64,000 nt of DNA from Arcobacteraceae bacterium (GCA_965224485.1 CBDCZH010000010.1:454958-518957), one strand, 5' to 3'. Counted from the first letter of the stretch, positions 50,568 through 59,803 are shown. Notes: generated by a model from the letters alone, not told the origin. Program-made: numbers and translations.

Positions 50568-51953
50568 GTGGGACATTTAAATATTATAACTTTAAACGAC
50601 ATAGTTGATACACTTAAATTACAGTTTTATCCTAACTTAAATATAACTGTTGAAGAAATGAACTTATATAATAAAACTGTTGATTCTTTTTGTAATCATA
50701 AAGAAGATGCACAAGCTATTAAAAACAATGATTCACAAAAAAGATTTGTTAATGTAGATTTTGCAAAAAATAAGTATAGAGTTATGGCTACTTCTCAAAG
50801 TGGTTTTAATGTTATCTTACAAAATGGTGATATTTCAATATCTTTACTAAGATACTCTCCTACTTCAAGTAATCCATTAATAAAAGTAGAATTTAGAGCA
50901 GAGTTTTTACTAAGATATGGTTATAAAAAAGCTATTCAATCTGTAAAAAATATCATTAACAATTTTTATACAAACTATCATGTTAAAGTTTCAGAAATTC
51001 ACCTCGCTAAAGATATACAAGGTTATGAGTTTTCAACCTATGACTTTCATAGAATAAAAACATTATCACGTTCAAAAACTATCTTTCATAATGATATTTC
51101 ATCAGAACACTACTATGGAAATAAATTTACCGGTTTTTCAATTGGTAAGGGTGATGAAATGCTAAGAATTTATAATAAAACTACTGAAATATCACAAAAG
51201 AAAGAAAAAGCCTTTATAAGCGTTTTAAAGTGGGCTTATAACCCTCAATTCGATAAAACCAAGATTGTATGGCGTTTGGAGTTCCAACTGCGTAGAGAGC
51301 GTTTAAAACATCTTCTAGGAAACAATGGACTTTTAGATTCTTTAGATAATGTTCTTGATGCTATATCCTCCATATGGCTTTATTGTACTAATAGATTTGT
51401 TCATAAAGGATTATCCAATAAACAAATACGTGAGCAAATGTTAGGCTTTGAAGAACTTGAAAATGATTCTATTAATATTCTTAATCCCGAATCATTAAGA
51501 AAAAGATTTCAAAGAGCTGATACTTCATTCCTTTGGGATTCTATAAAAAAATTTGATGATAACCAAACCTTTACGCTGCAGCGTGTAAAAGATATTAAAA
51601 AGCCGGAAGTTGAATATGTTAAAAATGCGTATAAAGCAGTTATCTCAACATTCGTAAAATTAAAAAGAGGTGCTTTTGATTCATCAGAATTAACACAAAT
51701 ATTATTAGATGCAGATAGAGAACTAAAAGAAAAAACAAACTTTAATATTATTGATAAAGCTAGATTAAACGCCTTAGATTATATTTCTAATGCACAAGTT
51801 TACTATGAACAAAACGGAATAGTAGAAGATGGATTTTATAAATATAAAAAAGATTTAATTTCAAATCTACATGACACTTTTGCACTTATAGAAAATGAAC
51901 CCTCAAACCTTTTAACCTTTGAAGCTTTCCAAAAAAAGATTTCAAGATGTTAG
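50568..51953 (+). CDS. rep: Rolling-circle replication initiator, pT181/Rep_trans family
   Basis: VDTLKL, SEIHLAKD, FSIGKGDEMLRIYNK (RIYNK as in the RepC/RepD catalytic Tyr motif), WRLEFQLR; GTG 50568 preferred over TTG 50535. Confidence 0.85.
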   Translation: MGHLNIITLNDIVDTLKLQFYPNLNITVEEMNLYNKTVDSFCNHKEDAQAIKNNDSQKRFVNVDFAKNKYRVMATSQSGFNVILQNGDISISLLRYSPTSSNPLIKVEFRAEFLLRYGYKKAIQSVKNIINNFYTNYHVKVSEIHLAKDIQGYEFSTYDFHRIKTLSRSKTIFHNDISSEHYYGNKFTGFSIGKGDEMLRIYNKTTEISQKKEKAFISVLKWAYNPQFDKTKIVWRLEFQLRRERLKHLLGNNGLLDSLDNVLDAISSIWLYCTNRFVHKGLSNKQIREQMLGFEELENDSINILNPESLRKRFQRADTSFLWDSIKKFDDNQTFTLQRVKDIKKPEVEYVKNAYKAVISTFVKLKRGAFDSSELTQILLDADRELKEKTNFNIIDKARLNALDYISNAQVYYEQNGIVEDGFYKYKKDLISNLHDTFALIENEPSNLLTFEAFQKKISRC

Positions 51954-52141
51954 TTAATGTTCAAATAACACCAATTCAGTTCAAGATTTTAATAGCTATG
52001 GCTGATTTATTTATAGATAGAAAAAATGAAGAGAATAACAATAAGAAAGTAAATATAAATGCTTACTCTATACATAAGAAAAGTGGCGTTTCATACAACA
52101 CAGTTAAAGTAAGTTTATTAAAATTAAAGGAGTTAAAATGA
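51947..52141 (+). CDS. Small winged-HTH protein
   Basis: INAYSIHKKSGVSYNTVKVSLLKL. Confidence 0.65.
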   Translation: MLVNVQITPIQFKILIAMADLFIDRKNEENNNKKVNINAYSIHKKSGVSYNTVKVSLLKLKELK

Positions 52142-52551
52142 ATATGTTAAATATTACAAGTCAACTAATTGAACATGAGGGATTAGTAAATAAAGTATAT
52201 ATATGCCCTGCTGGAAAATTAACAATTGGAGTAGGTCGTAATTTAGAAGATAGAGGCTTAACAGATTTAGAATCTCTATTTTTATTAAACAATGACATTG
52301 TTTCTTTAAATAATGAGTTATCAATTAAATTGCCTTTCTATAAAGATTTAGATGATGTAAGACAAGGTGTACTTATCAATATGGCTTTTAATATGGGTAT
52401 CTATGGATTGTTAAAATTTAAAAATACTCTAAAGTTAATTGAAGAACAAAACTATCTTTTTGCAAGTGATGAAATGCTAGATAGTAAATGGGCTAGACAA
52501 GTTCCTAATAGAGCTAAAGAGTTAGCAAATCTTATGAAAGGAGGGAAATAA
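52138..52551 (+). CDS. Phage lysozyme (T4-lysozyme/GH24-like)
   Basis: HEG...YICPAGKLTIGVG, LINMAFNMG, EMLDSKWARQVPNRA. Confidence 0.92.
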   Translation: MNMLNITSQLIEHEGLVNKVYICPAGKLTIGVGRNLEDRGLTDLESLFLLNNDIVSLNNELSIKLPFYKDLDDVRQGVLINMAFNMGIYGLLKFKNTLKLIEEQNYLFASDEMLDSKWARQVPNRAKELANLMKGGK

Positions 52552-52553
52552 AT

Positions 52554-52763
52554 ATGCCTATATGGTTACTACAATTATTAATACCGGTTGCGGTTGATAC
52601 TATTAAATCTTATGTTTCAAATTCTGATTCAAAAAAAGATGACAAAGTTTTAGAAGTTGTACAACTTGGAGCTAAATACTTAGCACCAAAAGCAAATAAC
52701 ACAGTTAGTCAAAATTTAGTCAAAAAACTAAATACTGATTCAATGAGAAAAACACAAGAATAG
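52554..52763 (+). CDS. Small protein after the lysozyme, possible lysis accessory
   Basis: Hydrophobic N-terminus, strong GGAGGG RBS. Confidence 0.5.
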   Translation: MPIWLLQLLIPVAVDTIKSYVSNSDSKKDDKVLEVVQLGAKYLAPKANNTVSQNLVKKLNTDSMRKTQE

Positions 52764-52795
52764 GGTAATACCTATTTTTGTTATGAAGGTTAGTT

Positions 52796-53845
52796 ATGGA
52801 AGAACATGGAATTTACGTTGATAATAAAGATAAACATTACTCTCCTTTTGATGGTGATGGTGGAGTTACTTCGACTGTTCCAATTAATAAAGGTGATACA
52901 AAAAAAAGAGTAAAAAAACCTACTTTTAAAAATCTATTTAAAGATTATAAATTGCATCATCCGGATTTACATAGATTATATTTATATACTCAAAGTAAAG
53001 GAATACAAGGAGTTTCACAAGCTAAATCATTTAATAAAAAGAATGTTGAATTAATTACAGTTCAAAAAGAAGGTGTTAATCATGTAACAGTAAGTACAGA
53101 ATTTGTTAATTATTTAAAATCTCAAGATGAAGCTTTTGTTATGGGTGCTGGTTATTTACAAGACCAAGTTAATTTTACAAATAGTAAAAGATTATATAAA
53201 AATCAACATTATTATAAATTTCGTGAAGGTCAATATAATGACGCTGTTTCTGCTCTTAGTTCACATCAATCAAAATTTAAAAACTTTATTTCTGATTTAT
53301 CTAATTCATTATTAGATTTAAATAAACCTATATTATTTGATAATGAAGGCGGTGAAGATATACCGGTATCTGTTGGTTCTTTTGATTGTATCGAATTAGA
53401 TAAATTTGTAAATAATATATTTGGTGATGTTACAAATAAAAAGTTTGTACCTATGTGTAATAAAAATGTACATGAACTAAAACAAGAAACAAATTGTTGT
53501 TTAAATTTGTGTGGTTCACAAAATACATTTAGAAAAAAAGATGAAGCTTATGAAGATTCAAAACAAAAAATAAAAGATGATATTAAATATGAAGAGTATC
53601 AATCTTCACCGGATTACACTCCTGATAATTTAGTTCATAAACCAATGGTTATTACTACTAATTCTTTTGTTCATTTATTTCATGAAGCTAATAGTTTATT
53701 AGATAGTCCTTTGTTGTATGTTTTTAAAAAAATGAAACCATACATAGAGGAATTTCTTAGTAATAAAAAAGGTGTTACAGATTATAAAATAACTGATAAT
53801 TCTGTAAGTATAGATTTAGATTTAAGAATAATATTTAAATATTAA
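52796..53845 (+). CDS. Hypothetical protein (349 aa)
   Basis: Long ORF with AAGG RBS; no Walker A or other recognised motif. Confidence 0.7.
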   Translation: MEEHGIYVDNKDKHYSPFDGDGGVTSTVPINKGDTKKRVKKPTFKNLFKDYKLHHPDLHRLYLYTQSKGIQGVSQAKSFNKKNVELITVQKEGVNHVTVSTEFVNYLKSQDEAFVMGAGYLQDQVNFTNSKRLYKNQHYYKFREGQYNDAVSALSSHQSKFKNFISDLSNSLLDLNKPILFDNEGGEDIPVSVGSFDCIELDKFVNNIFGDVTNKKFVPMCNKNVHELKQETNCCLNLCGSQNTFRKKDEAYEDSKQKIKDDIKYEEYQSSPDYTPDNLVHKPMVITTNSFVHLFHEANSLLDSPLLYVFKKMKPYIEEFLSNKKGVTDYKITDNSVSIDLDLRIIFKY

Positions 53846-53863
53846 AATAAAAAGGAAAAAAAT

Positions 53864-54022
53864 ATGGAAAATTGTGAAAGTTTATTAGCAGATATAAAAA
53901 CTGCAGTATTTGTTTCGGCTGAAACTATTGATGATTCAAATATGAAATTAACAAATATAGAAATGTATCTTAAAGTCATACATGATTTTGTTAAGACTTT
54001 GGAGGTTGGAAATAATGGGTGA
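53864..54022 (+). CDS. Hypothetical 52-aa protein (not in the ORF track)
   Basis: MENCESLLADIKTAVF...VGNNG*; AAAGGA RBS; overlaps the next start. Confidence 0.65.
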   Translation: MENCESLLADIKTAVFVSAETIDDSNMKLTNIEMYLKVIHDFVKTLEVGNNG

Positions 54023-54878
54023 TGCAAGATTTGAAGTTGTTAAACGTGGTTCTAAAAGAATTTCTAATACTGATATTGATAAAATATCAAATAATGTAAA
54101 TAATGTTTATAGCAATATAAATACAAAAGGCAATTCTCATCAAATTGTTGATTATGCTCGTCATGCTTTAGATACAGCGTTACAAATTGGTACAGCTCCA
54201 ACGCCTAACCAAAGTAGTGGCGGAAATGGGTTATTAGATTCTATGAAAAATAACTCTAATGCTTTAGCAAAATCAATGAGTGATTTAGCAAATGTTACTC
54301 ATACGGGCAACATAATCGCGGGTCAAACTGTTTCAGCAATAGAAAATATGGGAAGTAATTTAACAAGTACTTTAAGTCATATCGCTAATGTTTTAAATGT
54401 AGGTAATAGATTTAAAGATATAGATAATCAACTTAGGAATTTTCATAACAATATCCAAACACAAAAAAATAATATGGTTATGGATAAATTAGATTTTGAA
54501 ATGCACGGATATACCGGCTTAGTTGATAGTAAAGGTAATCCAATTAAACCACGTGAAGCAAGAGCCAAAAAAGATGCTGAAAACGCAGAACACACAAAGT
54601 TCTTAAATGTTGGTGATGAAAATTTAAAAGATACAAATGACGAACGTATCATTCCAAATAAAGCTCAAGCTTTAAAAGATGCAGAACAAGGGATAGAAGA
54701 AAAAAGAATGAATAGCGTTGACCAATCTTCTATATTAAGTGGTATTGCAAAAGTATCAGATTCAATGTTTGATAGTGGAGATAATTTAATAAAACAATGT
54801 TTAGACTTCTTTGTTGATGTTGATTCGGATAAATTAGATAATTTATTAAAAGATGATAAGGAGTTTGCAAATGGCTAA
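54015..54878 (+). CDS. Helical Asn/Ser-rich protein with an internal repeat; candidate virion or DNA-pilot protein
   Basis: GGAGG RBS before ATG 54015; repeat LVDSKGNPIKPREARAKKDAE / LKDTNDERIIPNKAQALKDAE. Confidence 0.6.
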   Translation: MGDARFEVVKRGSKRISNTDIDKISNNVNNVYSNINTKGNSHQIVDYARHALDTALQIGTAPTPNQSSGGNGLLDSMKNNSNALAKSMSDLANVTHTGNIIAGQTVSAIENMGSNLTSTLSHIANVLNVGNRFKDIDNQLRNFHNNIQTQKNNMVMDKLDFEMHGYTGLVDSKGNPIKPREARAKKDAENAEHTKFLNVGDENLKDTNDERIIPNKAQALKDAEQGIEEKRMNSVDQSSILSGIAKVSDSMFDSGDNLIKQCLDFFVDVDSDKLDNLLKDDKEFANG

Positions 54879-55662
54879 AGTTACGGGATTAGTTACTAAT
54901 AGTGGGGAAGATTTTGTTGATGAATTATCATCAAGTATTGTATATAAATATTCAAAGGGAGTTTTTGGACCTACCTTAAAAAAACTAAATGAAAGTGATG
55001 ATTTAGTCGATAATGCTCTAGGTGGTGCAATTCAAACTCTACAATTTGGAATGATGAACATGGTTATTATTTCTGTTACAGAATATGCTATGACAAAGAC
55101 TGCTTTTGTTTCTGGTGCTATCTTTGTATTTTTAAAAACTACAAACATAGCAAAAAGAGTTAAGGGAATTATGGTCGGTGCATTAGGAGCTATTCCTTTT
55201 GTAGGTCGTGGACTCGCTAAAGTTGCTGATAGTGTTGGCTCATTTGTAACAAAAGATAGGGAAGTTATATCCAATATGGCTATGAGTACATCTAATAATA
55301 TGAGTACTGTTATATCTCAAGAGCGTCAAACTCAAGTTATGATTAAACAATCAAAATATAGAAAAATTGATTCTACTTTAGATAATGCAATATCAATTAG
55401 AGGTCAAGGTCGCCAAAAACAATTTGGATATTTTACACATAAAACTAAAACCGGTACTTGGTCAAAAACTACTTATAACAAAAAACTTTATGAAGATTGT
55501 ACAGGACAAAAATTTGGTCAAAATGGTTTAGTTTGGAATTTAGATTTTATAGATAAATTAAATGGTTTTTCAGAGTTCGCAAAAACTGCTGAAGGTAAAA
55601 TATTTTCACAAGCTAAAGCAACTGTTGACTTAATAAATGCTCAAGGTGGAAAAATTGTCTAA
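54871..55662 (+). CDS. Gly/Ala-rich membrane-associated protein; candidate entry/pilot protein
   Basis: AAGGAG RBS before ATG 54871; hydrophobic segments AFVSGAIFVFL and GIMVGALGAIPFVG. Confidence 0.6.
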   Translation: MAKVTGLVTNSGEDFVDELSSSIVYKYSKGVFGPTLKKLNESDDLVDNALGGAIQTLQFGMMNMVIISVTEYAMTKTAFVSGAIFVFLKTTNIAKRVKGIMVGALGAIPFVGRGLAKVADSVGSFVTKDREVISNMAMSTSNNMSTVISQERQTQVMIKQSKYRKIDSTLDNAISIRGQGRQKQFGYFTHKTKTGTWSKTTYNKKLYEDCTGQKFGQNGLVWNLDFIDKLNGFSEFAKTAEGKIFSQAKATVDLINAQGGKIV

Positions 55663-56023
55663 GCATTATCATGTAACTTTAACACAAGGGAGGGCAGATA
55701 CTTTAACATTAGAATCAGATAGTAAAGGAGATATATTAACTCTTTTAAACTCTGTTTCTACTGCTAAAGTAAAAAATATTAAAAAAATTGTTTATTCAAA
55801 AGACTTACAAATTAATTACACAAATAGTATTTTTCAAAGTGTAGGTTTCTATAAACAAGTTAATATTTTTGTTACTGCAAAAGGTCAAGCTAAAACATTC
55901 CAATTAAGACATATTAAAAAAACTGTGACTAAGCAGCACTTAATAGATATGTTCAAAAAGTATGTTTTAGTAAATGGAAATAATATAGAAGATGTTTACT
56001 CAATAATCTTCTATAATAAATGA
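55637..56023 (+). CDS. Small protein, putative paralogue 1
   Basis: C-half KQVNIFV..KTFQLRHIKKTVT..LVNG parallels the next two ORFs. Confidence 0.65.
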   Translation: MLKVEKLSKHYHVTLTQGRADTLTLESDSKGDILTLLNSVSTAKVKNIKKIVYSKDLQINYTNSIFQSVGFYKQVNIFVTAKGQAKTFQLRHIKKTVTKQHLIDMFKKYVLVNGNNIEDVYSIIFYNK

Positions 56024-56051
56024 GGGCGTAGCCCGTTATAAGGTCAAATAT

Positions 56052-56399
56052 ATGTCAATGTTTCAACTCCAATATAAAAACAACTCTAAGACTCATACTC
56101 TTGATTTAGAACTAAACAATTATCAACATGCTAGAGATTTGTTTGATTCTTTGTTTGATGGTGAACTTTTTGAAATAAGAGAATTTGTACATCAAGATTC
56201 AACTAATGTAAAAGATGATTTAAATTATATTCATTCAAAAACAGTACAATTAAAATCATTTGATAATCAAATTAAATCTATAAGAATCCCAAAAATTAAA
56301 AAAAATGTGACTGATCTAGTTATGGAAAACCTAATTTTTTCTAAATTAAAGTTCAATGGTAAAAAGCCAAAATCATTAAAAATCACAACAAAATTTTAG
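56052..56399 (+). CDS. Small protein, putative paralogue 2
   Basis: C-half KTVQLK..KSIRIPKIKKNVT..FNG. Confidence 0.65.
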   Translation: MSMFQLQYKNNSKTHTLDLELNNYQHARDLFDSLFDGELFEIREFVHQDSTNVKDDLNYIHSKTVQLKSFDNQIKSIRIPKIKKNVTDLVMENLIFSKLKFNGKKPKSLKITTKF

Positions 56400-56568
56400 T
56401 CATAAAACACCACTAGTCAAAAACTTTCTTTTTAAGCCCTTTGTTTAGGTCTTTGAGTGTTTTTTTTTGACTATTGATTTTAATTCCTCTGTTTTACTAT
56501 ATTTTCATTGTGTTTTTATTAAGCCAAAAAAAATAAAAACTTAAAATTTAAATTAAAAAGGAAAAATT

Positions 56569-56970
56569 ATGGCAAAAAAATATCAAGTTACACAAAAGTT
56601 AGTACTTAATGGTAGACCAGTTAGTGCAAGTTTCTTATTCTTCGGTGAGCAAGATGAACTTACTGCATTTTGTGCTCAATTAGAAGGTGGCTATGAAGTT
56701 AAAGAAATTGTTGCGGCTCTTTCTGATATGACAAAAGCTGAAACTAATGTAGCAACTTCTAATCCTGTTGTTTCAATTACTTTAAGTGGTCCTAAAAACC
56801 AATTTGCAACTATTAGACCTTACAAAGGTGTATTGCATTTTAAAAATACTATCTCTGTAGATGATATTGCTAATAACTTAAGAAGTGTTAAACCTTTTGA
56901 ATTATTACCAAGTGAAAAAGCTACAAGAGTAACTGTTAAAAGAAGTGAAACTTTTGCAGGTGGTGAATAA
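56569..56970 (+). CDS. Small protein, putative paralogue 3; best candidate major structural protein
   Basis: Strong AAAAGGA RBS, structured leader, downstream hairpin 56972-56999; VSITLSG..ATIR..HFKNTISVDDI. Confidence 0.6.
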   Translation: MAKKYQVTQKLVLNGRPVSASFLFFGEQDELTAFCAQLEGGYEVKEIVAALSDMTKAETNVATSNPVVSITLSGPKNQFATIRPYKGVLHFKNTISVDDIANNLRSVKPFELLPSEKATRVTVKRSETFAGGE

Positions 56971-57057
56971 GTAACAAAGAGGTTAATCCCTCCTTGTTAT
57001 TTTGCTATTTATAAAGTTTTAGATTTAAGATTTTATAAATAACATAAAAGGACTTAC

Positions 57058-58212
57058 ATGCCGTTATCTACTCGTGAACAAATACTAGAAAATGCAAAAC
57101 TAACACTATTAACTTTATCTAATCGTTATTTAGCTTTCTCTAAAGATGAATCAAAAACCCACAATGATTTAAAAGATATTGATAAGGAATTATCTGATTT
57201 TGTACAAAGATTACAAGAAGTAGAAAATATTCAATCTACTATTAGTGAAGATGAATTAAGGTCAATTATTGATGAAAGTACATCTCTATCATCTGATTTA
57301 AATTCAAAAATATCAATTGTTAATAATATGATTACTATGTTTGAAAATGGAAGTTTTAAGGGTGATAATGGAGATAATGGTTCTTCATTTACATATGATG
57401 ATTTTACATCTGAACAATTAGAATCATTAAAAGTAAAAGGTGATAAGGGTGAATCAATAATAGGTGATAATGGTTCTTCATTTACATATGATGATTTTAC
57501 ATCAGAACAGTTAGAATCACTAAAAGTAAAAGGTGATAAAGGTGAGGAAGGAACTTCTATAAAAGGTGATAAAGGTGATTCTTTTGAATACTCTGATTTT
57601 ACAACTGAACAATTAGAATCATTAAAAGTTAAAGGTGATAAGGGTGAGGAAGGAACTTCAATAAAAGGTGATAAGGGAGATAGTGGAGATAATGGTTCTT
57701 CATTTACATATGATGATTTTACATCTGAACAATTAGAATCATTAAAAGTAAAAGGTGACAAAGGTAATAAAGGAGATTCATTAACTTTTGAAGATTTAAC
57801 AGATTCTCAAAAAGTTCTTTTAGGTGGTTCTAAACCTATGTTAAATGAAGTCAAATTTGGTCTATTCGATATTAATAATCTTGATAATGGTTGGCTAGTA
57901 TGTGACGGAACTAATGACACTCCTAATATGGCTGATAAAATGCCTATTGGTTTCTCAATTAATAAACCTTTAAATACAAGTGGCGGTTCTAATGAAACTG
58001 AGCCACATACTTTAAGTATTAGTGAAATGCCTTCTCATAAACATGATATTAGATTTGGAACGGGAGTTGACTATGGTTTAAGTGGTTTATATACTACTAA
58101 ATATAATCAAGGTGCTACTCCTACTTCTTATCAAGGTGGAAATCAATCACATAAACATAATATAGATACTCCATATCATGTGTTTGTATTTATAATTTAC
58201 AAAGGAATATAA
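57058..58212 (+). CDS. Collagen-like repeat fibre protein with a tail-collar-like C-terminal domain
   Basis: KGDKG/GDNG triplets alternating with SFTYDDFTSEQLESLKV repeats; GWLVCDGTNDTPNM..GGS..HTLSISEMPSHKH. Confidence 0.82.
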   Translation: MPLSTREQILENAKLTLLTLSNRYLAFSKDESKTHNDLKDIDKELSDFVQRLQEVENIQSTISEDELRSIIDESTSLSSDLNSKISIVNNMITMFENGSFKGDNGDNGSSFTYDDFTSEQLESLKVKGDKGESIIGDNGSSFTYDDFTSEQLESLKVKGDKGEEGTSIKGDKGDSFEYSDFTTEQLESLKVKGDKGEEGTSIKGDKGDSGDNGSSFTYDDFTSEQLESLKVKGDKGNKGDSLTFEDLTDSQKVLLGGSKPMLNEVKFGLFDINNLDNGWLVCDGTNDTPNMADKMPIGFSINKPLNTSGGSNETEPHTLSISEMPSHKHDIRFGTGVDYGLSGLYTTKYNQGATPTSYQGGNQSHKHNIDTPYHVFVFIIYKGI

Positions 58213-58655
58213 TGAAAAAAATAGTAATAATAAATGATAGTAATATTATAGGTATTGATAATGAATCTTTAAAATGTAACTTTATGATAAATGATAATAT
58301 TCATTGTATACACTTTGATTTTAATTTAAATATTGGACACATTGAATATAAAAATTCTAAACCTAATTTAGAAATTACAATTTTTGAATATAGTGCATTA
58401 ATTGAATTATACAATATAACTAAAATTAAAAATAATCCTCCTTTTTCTTACTCTATTTGGAATGAAGATTTAAAGAAATTTGAAGATGATGAAATTTTAA
58501 AAAAAGATTTAAAGATACAAGAGATTTATGCCAAACTTGACAAAATAGATTTAAAATCAATTAGAGCTATAAGAGAAAAAAATCAAGATTTAATTAATGA
58601 ACATGAAAATGAAGCAATAATCTTAAGACAAGAATTGAGTTTATTAAATGCTTGA
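58212..58655 (+). CDS. Putative fibre assembly chaperone
   Basis: Directly after the fibre gene; PPFSYSIWNEDLKKF and LDKIDLKSIRAIRE patterns. Confidence 0.55.
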   Translation: MKKIVIINDSNIIGIDNESLKCNFMINDNIHCIHFDFNLNIGHIEYKNSKPNLEITIFEYSALIELYNITKIKNNPPFSYSIWNEDLKKFEDDEILKKDLKIQEIYAKLDKIDLKSIRAIREKNQDLINEHENEAIILRQELSLLNA

Positions 58656-58691
58656 GTTTTTGACATTTGGCTTAGCTGAATTAACTACTTT

Positions 58692-59803
58692 CCTCTTTTC
58701 ACACTTAAAGTGCAACATAGAGTAATGTAAGATGTAAGGCTGATTGATATACAATTTAAGCTCAATATCTTGCAGGATAAATGGAGCATTAAATGGAAAA
58801 GTATAAACAATTAACCTTAGGTTTAAGGTATCAAATATTTGCTTATAAAAACGAAAATTATACACAATCTAAAATTGCAGAGTTACTAGGTGTTAATAAA
58901 TCAACCATATCAAGAGAGCTTAAAAGAAATAGTAACAATGATTACTACAGTCCTGAGGATGCTCATATAAGTGCTGTCTCTAGAGACAAGTTTAAAGATA
59001 GGTATCACAAGATAACAAAGAAGTTAAAACTAAAGATTGGCAAGTTATTAAAAGAAGGATTATCTCCTGAGCAATTAACAGGAAGACTAAAACTACATAA
59101 AATAGCTAATATATCTTATGAAACAGTATATAGGTATATTTATGCAAATCAAATAAGTGGTGGAAGATTATATAAATATTTAAGACATAAGAACAAAAAG
59201 TATGGAAATAGAAGTAGTCAATATAAAACAAGAGGTCAAATAAAGAATAGAGTTAATATAAGTCAACGAGCTAAAATAATTGAGACTAAAACTAGATTTG
59301 GAGACTTTGAAGTAGATACTATTATTGGGAAAGACCATAAAGGTGCAATTGTTACATTAGTAGATAGAAAGAGTAAGTTTACACTAATGAGGATAGTTGA
59401 ATCAAAACAAGCTGGTGCAGTTACGCAAGCTATTATAGAGTTGTTATATCCAATAAGGAATTTAGTTCATACCATTACATCAGATAATGGCAAAGAGTTT
59501 TCTTATCATGAAGAAATAGCAAAAGAATTAAATATAAAGTTTTATTTTTGTGATCCTTATTCATCTTGGCAAAGAGGATTAAATGAACATACAAATGGAT
59601 TGGTGAGAGAATATATTCCTAAAAAATCAAGCTTTGAGAATGTAAATAATACTCAAATACTTATAATACAAAACAGGTTAAATAATAGACCAAGAAAGAT
59701 ACTAAAATATTATACTCCGAATGAGATATTTTTGAAGGAAGTTTCAAGAAAGATGGTGGCATAATTTTGCCTATATTTGTTGCACTTTAGAGTTGAATTG
59801 GCG
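58692..59803 (+). mobile_element. IS30-family element (1112 bp)
   Basis: 26-bp imperfect IRs (18/26; core AAAGTGCAACA); TTT target duplication at 58689-58691 and 59804-59806. Confidence 0.92.
58793..59764 (+). CDS. IS30-family transposase
   Basis: STISRELKRN, SYETVY, GDFEVDT, TSDNGKEF, WQRGLNE, LNNRPRK. Confidence 0.95.
   Translation: MEKYKQLTLGLRYQIFAYKNENYTQSKIAELLGVNKSTISRELKRNSNNDYYSPEDAHISAVSRDKFKDRYHKITKKLKLKIGKLLKEGLSPEQLTGRLKLHKIANISYETVYRYIYANQISGGRLYKYLRHKNKKYGNRSSQYKTRGQIKNRVNISQRAKIIETKTRFGDFEVDTIIGKDHKGAIVTLVDRKSKFTLMRIVESKQAGAVTQAIIELLYPIRNLVHTITSDNGKEFSYHEEIAKELNIKFYFCDPYSSWQRGLNEHTNGLVREYIPKKSSFENVNNTQILIIQNRLNNRPRKILKYYTPNEIFLKEVSRKMVA

Noticed and set aside
57231..57761. 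176-aa antisense repeat ORF or CRISPR-like periodicity
   Set aside because: Mirror of the coding repeats in the fibre gene; no unique spacers and no cas genes
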